Shown: positions 53,505 to 63,005, counted from the first letter of the stretch. The stretch: 64,000 nt of DNA from an uncultured delta proteobacterium (GCA_963810935.1 CAWEPK010000008.1:416001-480000); one strand, 5' to 3'. The notes: generated by a model not told the origin, from the sequence alone. Made by a program: numbers and translations.

Positions 53505-54215
53505 ATGACTACGGACAATCGCCAGACGCGTATTTTCGTTCCTTCCGATGAACCTCCGTATGATTGGGTAGAGACTCTTGTTGGAAAAGTGTTTCATCCC
53601 TTAACCATGCAGTTTGCCGATTCTTTACGATGGTTCTGGTTTTCCCGTTATGCAACGGACGACCCAGCTGAATCGGGCGATTGTGATATTTCTCAGATCC
53701 CAGCCAATTACAAGCAGGGTGGGCACCGTAGTATGAGATTCCGTTTTTCAATTAAGAACAATCGGCAAAAGCAATTCGAGCGCACTGGAGAAGCGATCAT
53801 TAGCGCCAAAGGTTATGCAATCTCTGATTTCAGGGCCTATGATTTTATAGCTGATACGGGTAACAGCCGCTTTCTCGGCAATGAGAATAGGCAAGCTGGA
53901 CGTAAAGAACAGCGTGCCGATCTCGTTACGCAATTCTACGCAGCTATTTCCCGTTTGGTTGTTGATGCTCTGGTGGGACCAGACGAAAACGGCCGCTATC
54001 GTCTCGAAACAAACGACGATCACGCCAACAACCCGCAAGGATCAACTTTTCAGTCGCTTCTGCACCTCTTTTGTAACATAACCGACGTCCCGACTCAGGT
54101 CTATATCTTTCATAAGAAAGCCTCCGCCCTGCTAGGCTATGGCACATTTATGTATCATCCGAATGAGCCCCAGGGCGGTTGGGACGCTGTCACTGCGGTT
54201 TCAGTCCGGTATTGA
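53505..54215 (+). CDS. Hypothetical protein resembling the lantibiotic dehydratase C-terminal (elimination) domain
   Basis: WFWFSRY...HRSMRFRF, RFLG and SLLHLFCN recall the WFFxRY..HLRLR, RYGG and SxxHMxxNR motifs; AAAGGAAG SD. Confidence 0.5.
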   Translation: MTTDNRQTRIFVPSDEPPYDWVETLVGKVFHPLTMQFADSLRWFWFSRYATDDPAESGDCDISQIPANYKQGGHRSMRFRFSIKNNRQKQFERTGEAIISAKGYAISDFRAYDFIADTGNSRFLGNENRQAGRKEQRADLVTQFYAAISRLVVDALVGPDENGRYRLETNDDHANNPQGSTFQSLLHLFCNITDVPTQVYIFHKKASALLGYGTFMYHPNEPQGGWDAVTAVSVRY

Positions 54216-54343
54216 TGACAAGAATGTTGATCTTCGGGCCAAATTCCCTGTCTGCCCCATCAATATAGTCAAGTCAACTTCATCTTCGGCCCACATTATT
54301 GCAAGCTCGGCTTATCCAAGCCAGGGGTCTGCTGTCGAGCAGG

Positions 54344-54464
54344 GGCCGGGAGGTTTTCGTCGATGACTATGAGTCGCGGAGGCGCGCGGCGGAGCGTACT
54401 GTTGTTGTACGTGAGTACGCTGCGCCGAGCAGACGACGAAGTAAGCGGCGAAAAGATCACGACC
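54344..54464 (+). repeat. ~125-nt hairpin-forming intergenic repeat, copy B
   Basis: GGCCGGGAGGTTTTCG...GCGTACTGTTGTTGTACGTGAG...GCGAAAAGATCACGACC. Confidence 0.8.
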
Positions 54465-54487
54465 CCCTCTCCCGAACATTTGATATG

Positions 54488-54518
54488 CACACTTATATGT
54501 GTTACACATATAAGTGTG
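54488..54518. promoter_or_regulatory. Operator palindrome of the vapBC-like module
   Basis: Perfect 15-1-15 inverted repeat CACACTTATATGTGT-T-ACACATATAAGTGTG, 11 nt before the antitoxin ATG. Confidence 0.85.
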
Positions 54519-54529
54519 GAAGCTAAGAG

Positions 54530-54775
54530 ATGGAAAAGCAAAATATAACCCTCTCCCTCCCCAAGTCACTGTTGAAGAAGGCCAAGTTGCTGGCCGTTGA
54601 GGAAGAAACCTCTTTTAACGAGCTTGTGCGCCGTTGTCTGGAACAGCGCGTGGGTGCGGCAGGCGGCTACGAGAAGGCGCGCAGGCGACAGCTTAAGCTG
54701 CTCGAAGGCGGCTTCGACCTGGGCACAAACGGCAGCATCTCCGTGGCAAGGGAAGAGGTTCATGAGCGCCGATAG
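54530..54775 (+). CDS. CopG/RHH-type antitoxin
   Basis: NITLSLPKSLLKKAKLLA...SFNELV and C-terminal REEVHER. Confidence 0.85.
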   Translation: MEKQNITLSLPKSLLKKAKLLAVEEETSFNELVRRCLEQRVGAAGGYEKARRRQLKLLEGGFDLGTNGSISVAREEVHERR

Positions 54776-55184
54776 GACGTTCGTAGACACGAATATCATC
54801 GTATATGCGTATGACAGGTCGGCGGGCGCAAAGCACGAGAAGGCCCGGAAGATTCTCGTCGATCTCTGGAAATCAGGGGCCGGGGTTATAAGCACCCAGG
54901 TAATTCAGGAGTTTTTTGTAACGGTGACGCGCAAGTTACCCAGGCCCATGGAGCCGGAGAGCGCCAGGAAGGTCGTAAGCGACCTGCTGCTGTGGAACCA
55001 TGTCACAATCGAAGGCGCGATGATCCTGGACGCAATAGACCTTCACGGCAAGCACGGTTATTCTTTTTGGGATTCCCTCATAATAATAGCGGCAAAGCAG
55101 GCCGACTGCGCCCTCCTCCTCTCGGAAGACCTAGCCGCCGGTCACAAAATCACAGGCGTCACCATCAAGAATCCTTTCGCATAG
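54762..55184 (+). CDS. PIN-domain (VapC-like) toxin
   Basis: FVDTNIIVYA, STQVIQEF, SFWDSLI and LLSED. Confidence 0.92.
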   Translation: MSADRTFVDTNIIVYAYDRSAGAKHEKARKILVDLWKSGAGVISTQVIQEFFVTVTRKLPRPMEPESARKVVSDLLLWNHVTIEGAMILDAIDLHGKHGYSFWDSLIIIAAKQADCALLLSEDLAAGHKITGVTIKNPFA

Positions 55185-55199
55185 ATATTTTCAACACCC

Positions 55200-55733
55200 C
55201 TATAGCTGCGTGAGCAGATATGACAGGATTTGGGGCAGACTTTGGAACAGCGGATGGTCCTCCCCTTCGTTCCAGGGGTTCGAGAGGCCCGTCCTTACAA
55301 TTCCTGCCGCTTTCGCCTTTTCCAGCGTAACCGGGCTGTCGTCTACGATGCCCCAACATTCGTCGAACAGCACGGTCTTGTCATAGCTCAGGTGGATGCT
55401 GTCGTAGGCCAGGCCGTTCTTTTGAAGCCACCGCTCCGTCGGGCCCAGCGCCTCCGGGCGCCTGTGGCTCGCCACTATGATGTAGAAACCGGCTTCCTTG
55501 AGCGACGTGAGGAACGCCGCCGCCTCTTCGTATGGCTCGAATTTCTCCTGCTCCAGGTGGATCATGTAAAGCAGGTCGTAGATCCTTTCCGGCCTGATGT
55601 ACGAACGCCAGAAGTCCCATGCCTCCCATTGCGCAGGCGGGGGGAGATCGGGGCTCACCTCCCGGATGCGCTCATAAAGCACTGGGGCAAGGTCCCAAAG
55701 CGTGTTGTCTATATCGACGATGATTTTTTCCAT
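55200..55733 (-). CDS. HAD-superfamily hydrolase (5'-nucleotidase-like)
   Basis: VDIDNTL motif I, ASHR motif II and K...VDDSP. Confidence 0.8.
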   Translation of the reverse strand: MEKIIVDIDNTLWDLAPVLYERIREVSPDLPPPAQWEAWDFWRSYIRPERIYDLLYMIHLEQEKFEPYEEAAAFLTSLKEAGFYIIVASHRRPEALGPTERWLQKNGLAYDSIHLSYDKTVLFDECWGIVDDSPVTLEKAKAAGIVRTGLSNPWNEGEDHPLFQSLPQILSYLLTQL

Positions 55734-55856
55734 GCCCTTATTATACATCAGGGAACAGCCTACAGGGAGGCGTTGCGGGCAAACTTTCCTTTGAATTATT
55801 CCTGATTCATGCAATAGTATTTTGAGTATCAGTGACAAAAAGTCAAGGGGGGGATT

Positions 55857-57113
55857 ATGGGTAATAAGCATGTATTGATTGCAGGCGCGGTCGTTTGCGT
55901 GGCCCTCGCCTTATTTGCCGGCATCGCGCAGGCTTCGGAAGGGCCTATAAAGATAGGCGTCATGTTCGTCGATTCGGGACCGATGGGCGGCTACGGCAAG
56001 CACGGCTTCCAGTCGGTCCGGCTCGCGGTGGATGAGATCAATGCCTCCGGCGGCATACTGGGCCGCAAGGTGACGCTCCTTACCGCGGATTCGAAGATGC
56101 AGCCGCCGGTGGGCGTCGGGATCGCGAAAAAATATATCCTGGAAGACAAGGTCGATTTCATGATCGGCCCTACGTCGAGCGGGGTGGCCGTCGCGCTCTC
56201 GCCTATCATCAAGCAGTATAAGAAGGTACTCGTCATGACGCAGGCCGCCGCCGATTCGCTGACCGGCGCGCAGTTCAACCCATATTGGTTCGCGACGATG
56301 AGCAACGCCATGATGCATTCGAGGGCGGGCGCGTATTTCGTGGCGGACAAGCCGTATAAGCGCTGGATGTGCATCGGGCCGAACTATAATTACGGGTGGG
56401 ACTCGTGGGCGTCCTTCAAGGGCAAGCTGAAAGAGCTTCGGCCCGACGTCGAGTTCCTGGACCCCCCCCTATGGCCCAAGCTGATGGAAACCAACTACAA
56501 GGAATTCATACAGAAGATAATCGACGCCAAGCCGGACGCCGTCTGGTCGCCGCTCTGGGGTATGGACGCAGTCAATTTTATCAAACAGGGGCTCGCGGTG
56601 GGCCTCTTCGACAAAATCAAGTTCGCCTTCCCCGACGGCGCCGCCCTGGAAACGCTCGTCCCGCTGGGCAAGGAGATGCCGTCGGGCATCTACGTGGCCG
56701 CCCGCTATTTCTTCCTGACCCCCGACTCCGCAATGAACCGGGCCTTCGTCAAGTCGTATCAGGAAGCATTTAAAGAATTGCCGGACTACATGGCCGAAGA
56801 GAGTTACGCGGGTGTCTATTTTATCAAGGCAGCGGTGGAGCGCGCGGGGACTACAGACGCAGACGCAGTAATCAAGGCCGTCGAGAAAGAGCCGCTCGCA
56901 TGGGAAACGCCCGAAGGCTGGAAGATCATGCGGGGCCAGGACCACGCGGTAGTGGAAGACGTAGTCTGGGGCGAGACGACGCCCAGCGCGAAATACGGCT
57001 TCGCAGTCCTTAAGAACCTTCATGCCATCCAGGCCGAGCAGATATGCCGCACGCCGGATGAGCTAAAGGCAGTCCGGGAAGGATACGAAAAAAGGCTGAA
57101 AGAGGGCAAATAA
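55857..57113 (+). CDS. ABC transporter substrate-binding protein (LivJ-like)
   Basis: Signal peptide, PIKIG, EINASGGILGR and NYNYG; no permease genes adjacent. Confidence 0.9.
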   Translation: MGNKHVLIAGAVVCVALALFAGIAQASEGPIKIGVMFVDSGPMGGYGKHGFQSVRLAVDEINASGGILGRKVTLLTADSKMQPPVGVGIAKKYILEDKVDFMIGPTSSGVAVALSPIIKQYKKVLVMTQAAADSLTGAQFNPYWFATMSNAMMHSRAGAYFVADKPYKRWMCIGPNYNYGWDSWASFKGKLKELRPDVEFLDPPLWPKLMETNYKEFIQKIIDAKPDAVWSPLWGMDAVNFIKQGLAVGLFDKIKFAFPDGAALETLVPLGKEMPSGIYVAARYFFLTPDSAMNRAFVKSYQEAFKELPDYMAEESYAGVYFIKAAVERAGTTDADAVIKAVEKEPLAWETPEGWKIMRGQDHAVVEDVVWGETTPSAKYGFAVLKNLHAIQAEQICRTPDELKAVREGYEKRLKEGK

Positions 57114-57593
57114 AGGCCCTTTCGATTTTCGGGGCGTGCCCTGCGCGATGCGGAAAAAACCGCACGAGAGCAGGTCACGCGCCGCAAGCTTCCGTATGCG
57201 CCCCGCACATCTCCTATACGCGGACGGACATGCGAAGCCCGGTTCGGGTAAAACGGACGTTGTAATTTTTTTGCTTGACAAGCAATTCATTGCATGACAA
57301 CATGTACCTATCCACTACAATTAGTTCCGCCCTTTGCTGGTGTATGGATTGATCCGGATTCGTAGGCATCGCCGGTGGATCGGCACCAGTGCAGCAGCTC
57401 ATTTTCCAACGGCCGAAACGGCCGGGCACGTCGCCATGACGCGTATGAACGGAATATAACCGAAACACCAAAGAAACCGAAATATTGTTCAGGGCGTAAG
57501 GACCGTCTTTCGTCAGGTTGGTCATTCCAATGGGAAGGCTTACGGGACCGTTCAGTTGAATGGCCGAAAGCCACCAAATAAAGGAGATCGGCC

Positions 57594-58238
57594 ATGAAGC
57601 GAGTACCTGTTTATTGTCTCGCCCTAGTGACGCTCGTTGCAATCGCACCCGTTGCACGGGCCACTACGGTCACATTCGACGACCTGAACAGCTCGAACAC
57701 CAGCAATAACGCCATTCCGAATTACTACGGAGGCATCATTTGGGGCACGAACCAATGGTACTGGGCGCCTTCCGGCGATTACTACCAAGCTGTATCCGCG
57801 CCTAACTACGCTTACGTGCCCCTCCAGCTCTGGAATTACGCCCCGTCGTTCACCTTTGCCCAGCCGGAGGTGCTAAAGGGGGCATTCTTCTCCGGCGCAA
57901 CCGGCGCGCCGTGCTCGTCCGGCATTTCTATAGAGTTCGTGCTCTTTTCCGGTGGCACGCAGGTGGCAGTCTCCGGCCTTTATTCTATCGGACAGACGCC
58001 GACCTGGGTAAGCTCGGGATACACCGGATTCATCGATATGGTCGAGGTACTGTCCTTCAGCAACGGAGGAGGCGGCAATATCACCCAGATCCCGGCCGGT
58101 TTCTGGGTCATGGACAACTTGACGTTCGTGCCCCTGCCGGCGCCGGCTCTACTGCTCGCCACCGGCTTGGCCTTTCTCGGGGCGATCAGGAAGAGGCCAA
58201 AGTCGCGTAACCGGCCCCGACCCAACTTAATCGAATAA
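57594..58238 (+). CDS. VPLPA/PEP-CTERM-type surface protein
   Basis: Signal peptide, TVTFDDL...MDNLTF and tail VPLPAPALLLATGLAFLGAIRKR. Confidence 0.85.
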   Translation: MKRVPVYCLALVTLVAIAPVARATTVTFDDLNSSNTSNNAIPNYYGGIIWGTNQWYWAPSGDYYQAVSAPNYAYVPLQLWNYAPSFTFAQPEVLKGAFFSGATGAPCSSGISIEFVLFSGGTQVAVSGLYSIGQTPTWVSSGYTGFIDMVEVLSFSNGGGGNITQIPAGFWVMDNLTFVPLPAPALLLATGLAFLGAIRKRPKSRNRPRPNLIE

Positions 58239-58248
58239 GGAGCAGACG

Positions 58249-60159
58249 ATGAAGACGACGAAAACCACGCCCTCGTTCTATATCGCCGTAGTAATGTGCA
58301 TGCTCCTCGCAACGGCAGGATGCGGCGGAGGTGGGGGAAGCGGAGGTGGGGGAACAGGCACTGGGGCAAGCCCGGCAGGCAGTCCTGGCGGCGCGGGCGG
58401 CCAGCCGGGCCAGTATGTCTCCGGCGTGGCAGCGGCAGGCGCTCCCTTAGCAGGGAACATCCTTGGCGCCGGGTACGTCACCCTCAGGGATAGCGGAAGC
58501 CCCCCTACCACGCTTGGACCTCAGGCGACCGGCGCCGACGGCAGCTATAGTTTTGAAGTAACGGGCCTGGTCCCGCCTTTATTTTTACAAGCAGTGGGCA
58601 CGGCAGGCGGCCAGGGCTTCCAGTTGTTCTCGGTCGCCACGTCGGCAGGCACGGCCAATATCAACCCCCTGACCAACCTGGCGCTTGCAGTAGCCGCGGG
58701 CACGAGCGACCCGTCTTTAGTCTTCGCCAATCCCGGGCAGTACTACTCATCCGTTCAGTCGAACATGGCAAGCGCGGTCCAGAATATTCAGCAAACACTG
58801 GCTCCTCTTCTCAACGCTTACAATGCAGGCGGCACGAACTTTCTCACCGGAAGCTATACTGCCAACGGCACGGGTCTTGACCAGGTCTTCGACGCGACGA
58901 GCGTGATACTCGATATTGCCGCAGGGACGGTCACCCTAACCGACAAGACGACGGGGGATACTATCCTCTGGCCAACCCATATGACCACCCTGGCAAGCGG
59001 GACGGCCTCTGACAAGCTCGATACCGGCAACATCCCTTCGCCTGCGGATGTCGCGCAAACCGCCGATGACATTGCCGCTATAACGGCCCAGGTGAAGGCG
59101 CTCATGTCGCTAATAAATACGGGTGCTACGACCTCGCAGGTCAGGCCCTTCTTTGTCTGCAGCCCGGCCGATTACGGGGTCAACGACGGGAGGTGGCTCG
59201 ACGCAGAGGTAGCCTTCTATACCGCATGGCTCAACAACCGGCCCGCGGGGGCCTCCCTTGTGGGCACCCCGACCGTTATGGAAATCTCCGGCGACGATGG
59301 GACCCCGCCGTCATATACTGTCGGCGCAACGACCGTCCTCTCCGACGGCACTACCTATACCACCACACCCGATGGCGACGACAGCTTCATCTTCGTCTCG
59401 GAAGGAGGCACTTGGAAGCTCACCGGAAACGGTTATAAATCGTGTTTTACCCGCCACCCGGTACGCGCCGTAGCTTACCAGTTTATCCTTTCCGGCTCTA
59501 CACAAACCGTCACGGGACTTGCCCTTGACGCGGGAGACGACGGGAACAACGACCTTCAATGGGCGCTCGTCACCGGCCCGGGCTTGCCCTCCGGCGGCGT
59601 CACCATCCAGAAGCCTGTGGGTTCAGGCGTGATCGACCTTGTTCCCTTTAACCCGCAAACCCCGTACCACATCACGGGCACCACAGGATGGTGGCCGTGG
59701 ATAGACGTCTACCCTCTCGACGACACGACGATAGCCCAGATACCTGATAACGCCGAATACACGTTCAAATTTTACGATTCATCGAGCAATTTTGTGGAAA
59801 GGAGGACAATGACGCTGCCGAAGAGGCCGTTCCTCAGCACGGAGCTTGCGGGGGCCTTCCCCACCATAAACCTGCCGTCGCACAGTCTATCGTCCCTCCC
59901 TGCTTCCGGCGCCTTTACCTTCGGCTATACGCTGCCGCCCGTTACCGCATTCGGCGCGGTAGGATTGCAGGCAGCCCTTCAGCTCTGGGACGGCAGCGGC
60001 GACTATGCAGAGGGCGACGCTAGCCCTCCGATGAACGCCCAGTCTTCGACCGTAACAAGGCCGTCTACAGGGTGGACCCCCTCGGCCGCGGACCTGGAGC
60101 TTACGGCCACCGACGTCTTCCGGCGGGAGATGCACGTGCAGTGGATCTTCGGCCAGTAG
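58249..60159 (+). CDS. Large secreted lipoprotein of unknown function
   Basis: Lipobox TAGC, Gly-rich linker, VSGVAAAGAPL and ANINPLT; Thr/Gly-rich. Confidence 0.8.
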   Translation: MKTTKTTPSFYIAVVMCMLLATAGCGGGGGSGGGGTGTGASPAGSPGGAGGQPGQYVSGVAAAGAPLAGNILGAGYVTLRDSGSPPTTLGPQATGADGSYSFEVTGLVPPLFLQAVGTAGGQGFQLFSVATSAGTANINPLTNLALAVAAGTSDPSLVFANPGQYYSSVQSNMASAVQNIQQTLAPLLNAYNAGGTNFLTGSYTANGTGLDQVFDATSVILDIAAGTVTLTDKTTGDTILWPTHMTTLASGTASDKLDTGNIPSPADVAQTADDIAAITAQVKALMSLINTGATTSQVRPFFVCSPADYGVNDGRWLDAEVAFYTAWLNNRPAGASLVGTPTVMEISGDDGTPPSYTVGATTVLSDGTTYTTTPDGDDSFIFVSEGGTWKLTGNGYKSCFTRHPVRAVAYQFILSGSTQTVTGLALDAGDDGNNDLQWALVTGPGLPSGGVTIQKPVGSGVIDLVPFNPQTPYHITGTTGWWPWIDVYPLDDTTIAQIPDNAEYTFKFYDSSSNFVERRTMTLPKRPFLSTELAGAFPTINLPSHSLSSLPASGAFTFGYTLPPVTAFGAVGLQAALQLWDGSGDYAEGDASPPMNAQSSTVTRPSTGWTPSAADLELTATDVFRREMHVQWIFGQ

Positions 60160-60222
60160 GGCCGCACCCGCAGCGCCGGACACGATATTGACAGGGCGGG
60201 GCCGCCCGTGCATAATTGGGCC

Positions 60223-60909
60223 ATGCCCGATGCGCGAAAAGCCCAGGGGGTCCGCTTCGACCCCTTCGCCCTGCTTGAGAGTTTCTTGCCGCCGCCCTGG
60301 CCGCACCGGGCGCTGCGGGCAGCAGTCATCGCCGTCCTTATAGTTTTTCTGGCCCACCGCGCAGCGTCTTACGGGACGTACTTCTTCAAGCCCCTCTGGG
60401 TGGTGGAGACGCTCATATTCGTTGTCTTCATAGTTAGCTATGCGGTGCGCACGGACCCCGTCGCTCGGTCGAAGGGCGTGCGCGAGATTATCGTCCCTCT
60501 GGCCGGCGCAGTCCTTCCTTTTTCCCTTCTTCTGTCACCTGTCTCCCGCCTTATCGCGGGGCATCCGTGGAGGCCCGTCGCCGTTTTTTCGTGGATGACT
60601 GCATGGACGGCGTTTACGGCTTGGGGCCTATGGACCCTGCGCGGCTCCTTCAGTATCACGGTGGAGGCGCGGGGCCTGGTAACGGGCGGCCCGTACGGGT
60701 TAGTCCGCCACCCGGTTTACCTCGGCGAGATAGCAACGGCCGCCTCAGTCATGCTCTTGCGCCTCACATTTGCAAGTGTCGCCATATTTGTCTTGTTTGC
60801 GGCCATCCAGCTTATCCGGGCGCGCATGGAGGAAGTCAAGCTCGCCCACGCCCTGCCCGGCTATGCAGCGTATGCCCGCCGCACATGGTGGTTCCTGCCC
60901 GCACATTGA
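60223..60909 (+). CDS. Isoprenylcysteine carboxyl methyltransferase (ICMT/PEMT) family membrane protein
   Basis: LVTGGPYGLVRHPVYLG and RARMEE..L.....Y..Y. Confidence 0.88.
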   Translation: MPDARKAQGVRFDPFALLESFLPPPWPHRALRAAVIAVLIVFLAHRAASYGTYFFKPLWVVETLIFVVFIVSYAVRTDPVARSKGVREIIVPLAGAVLPFSLLLSPVSRLIAGHPWRPVAVFSWMTAWTAFTAWGLWTLRGSFSITVEARGLVTGGPYGLVRHPVYLGEIATAASVMLLRLTFASVAIFVLFAAIQLIRARMEEVKLAHALPGYAAYARRTWWFLPAH

Positions 60910-60942
60910 CAAAAACCTCTCCCGTCCGCAGATTTCTCGATA

Positions 60943-62553
60943 ATGAGAAACATGCTCCGGGCGGCACTCGCCGCCCTTTTCATCTCGTGCGCCGGGACCG
61001 CCGTCCTGATCGGAGAAGCACATCCGGCCATATACTACGTCGATCCTGACGCAGGCTCCGACGATAACAAAGGCCTGTCACGGGACGACGCATGGCGGCA
61101 CGTGCCGGGTTCGTTCAGGAACGACAACGGGGGCTATGTCCCGGCCACCGGCTGGACGAGGATCGAGGCGGGCGACACCGTCAAGATAAAATCGGGCTCC
61201 ACGGTCAAAAATAAGCTCGCCGTAAGCGGCGACTGGTACGGCAACGGAACGGCACATTCACCTGTCGCAATCGTGAGGGATGCGGCCTGGGGGTCGGGAC
61301 CGGTCACATTCGAAGGCACAGGCCAGGCGCGGGCGTTGTACGACCCTATGGTCCTCGTATCGAAGCGTGACTACGTGACGATCGACGGGGTAACGGCCGG
61401 CGGCTTTCTCATCCGTAACTCGAAGTCGAGGGGCTTCCAGGCAACAGGCTTAAGCGAGGCCGTAAAGATGGTGGGCCTTGTAGTGAAGAATATTAAGCTC
61501 TTCAACAACGTAGAGTTCAACGTCAATGTCCAGCGGAACGACAGTTTTATTTTTCAAAACATCGAGATCGACGGCAACCGGCAGAACGGCAACCTGTCGG
61601 GCGGCTTCATGATAGGGGACAATACATACGGCTGCTCGAACGGGCAGATAATCGACTGTCTGTCGTACAACAATGGGGACACGCCCGGAACGAGCGGCGG
61701 GGGCACGAACACGTGGATCGGCTTCTGGGTGACGAACAGCACGGGCATCACCTTCGTGCGGTGCACTGCCCACCACAACAAAGGCAATGGCTATGACGCG
61801 GGCGTAGTCTCGGAGCCGCCCTCTGTTGTAACAGACATGATAAAGTACATCGACTGCGAGGCGTACAATAACTCGAACGGCTTCTCGTGCAACCTGGACA
61901 ACATCGGCGGCACGGCCCGCTTCTGGTACGTCAACTGCATCGCCCGGTCGAACGGGGCAGGCTGGATCATCTACAAGGGCCCCTCGGCCCACGTCCACAA
62001 CTGCCTGACAACAGGGAACACATGGGGCGTCTATATCGACGCGCCTGCTTTCCAAAACAGGAAGACGGTCGTTGATATAAAGAACACCATATTTTACGGG
62101 AACGACCGGGCCCACCCCGACACCACCCATACATGGGACCTCTGGCTGCACAGGACTGCATCGCTGGAGCTTGCGTCCGACTACAACCACTTCGAGCAGC
62201 GCGGGCAGTCAGAGCGGGCTGCCTACGCCACGTGCATCAGTTGGGACGGCGCTGAGAAGTCCGATGAATATCGCTACGACCGGGTCAGCGCGCCGGGGTC
62301 CGGAGCGAGGGCATGGTACAGGAACCACGGTCAGGACGCACATTCGCCGTGCAGTGTAGACGGCAAGTACGCCCGCTTCATGAAGGCGGAGTCGAACGAC
62401 TACCGCCCAGGCGCAAAAAGCAGCCTCATAGGCAAAGGCATTGCCATTGACGATGAGCTTATACCGGAAGTCCGCCGGGACAGGGACGGCAAAGCCCGCC
62501 CCCTTCCGGCCCCTGGGACATCGGGCCCTTATGCTTACGCGCAGCGCCGATAA
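60943..62553 (+). CDS. Secreted right-handed parallel beta-helix protein
   Basis: YYVDP..GSDDN.G, repeated NC.A.NN..G motifs and DY.P...S.LI..G...D.DG..R...GPY tail. Confidence 0.78.
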   Translation: MRNMLRAALAALFISCAGTAVLIGEAHPAIYYVDPDAGSDDNKGLSRDDAWRHVPGSFRNDNGGYVPATGWTRIEAGDTVKIKSGSTVKNKLAVSGDWYGNGTAHSPVAIVRDAAWGSGPVTFEGTGQARALYDPMVLVSKRDYVTIDGVTAGGFLIRNSKSRGFQATGLSEAVKMVGLVVKNIKLFNNVEFNVNVQRNDSFIFQNIEIDGNRQNGNLSGGFMIGDNTYGCSNGQIIDCLSYNNGDTPGTSGGGTNTWIGFWVTNSTGITFVRCTAHHNKGNGYDAGVVSEPPSVVTDMIKYIDCEAYNNSNGFSCNLDNIGGTARFWYVNCIARSNGAGWIIYKGPSAHVHNCLTTGNTWGVYIDAPAFQNRKTVVDIKNTIFYGNDRAHPDTTHTWDLWLHRTASLELASDYNHFEQRGQSERAAYATCISWDGAEKSDEYRYDRVSAPGSGARAWYRNHGQDAHSPCSVDGKYARFMKAESNDYRPGAKSSLIGKGIAIDDELIPEVRRDRDGKARPLPAPGTSGPYAYAQRR

Positions 62554-62561
62554 TAATCGCG

Positions 62562-63005
62562 TTATTGTTTTGAATCGAGAATGAGAGTGACGGGGCCGTC
62601 ATTGACCAGCCGGACGTCCATTGTCGCCTGGAATACGCCGGTCTCGACGCGGCCGACCAGACGGCGGGCCTTCTCGACGAATACGCCGAACATCCGCCTC
62701 GCCGCGTCCGCCTCCATTGCGTCGGAGAACGACGGCCGGCGGCCCTTCCGGCAGTCGCCGTAAAGGGTGAACTGGCTGACCAGCAAAAGCGCCCCGTTCG
62801 TGTCGAGCAGCGAGCGGTCCATCTTCCCCTCCTCGCTCTCGAATATGCGCAGGTTAACTACCTTCTCCGCCATCCAGTCCAGGTCCTTCCCGGTATCTTC
62901 CCTGCCGATGCCGACAAGCACCATCAACCCCGGACCGATTTCGGCAACGGTCTTCCCCTCAACCGTCACACCGGCTTCTTTGACTCTTTGGATTACGGTT
63001 TTCAT
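62562..63005 (-). CDS. dtd: D-aminoacyl-tRNA deacylase
   Basis: VIQRV, SQFTLYG, GRRPSF and NDGPVT. Confidence 0.97.
   Translation of the reverse strand: MKTVIQRVKEAGVTVEGKTVAEIGPGLMVLVGIGREDTGKDLDWMAEKVVNLRIFESEEGKMDRSLLDTNGALLLVSQFTLYGDCRKGRRPSFSDAMEADAARRMFGVFVEKARRLVGRVETGVFQATMDVRLVNDGPVTLILDSKQ

Noticed and set aside
51780..54340. Integron cassettes, prophage or tRNA-anchored island
   Set aside because: No convincing attC sites, integrase, tRNA or direct repeats were seen.
57400..57450. c-di-GMP-I riboswitch
   Set aside because: A GAAA-containing hairpin is present, but the GGCAAAC and ACGCAAAGC core elements are not.
58321..58410. Low-complexity GGC/GGA repeat
   Set aside because: It simply encodes the Gly-rich linker after the lipoprotein Cys.
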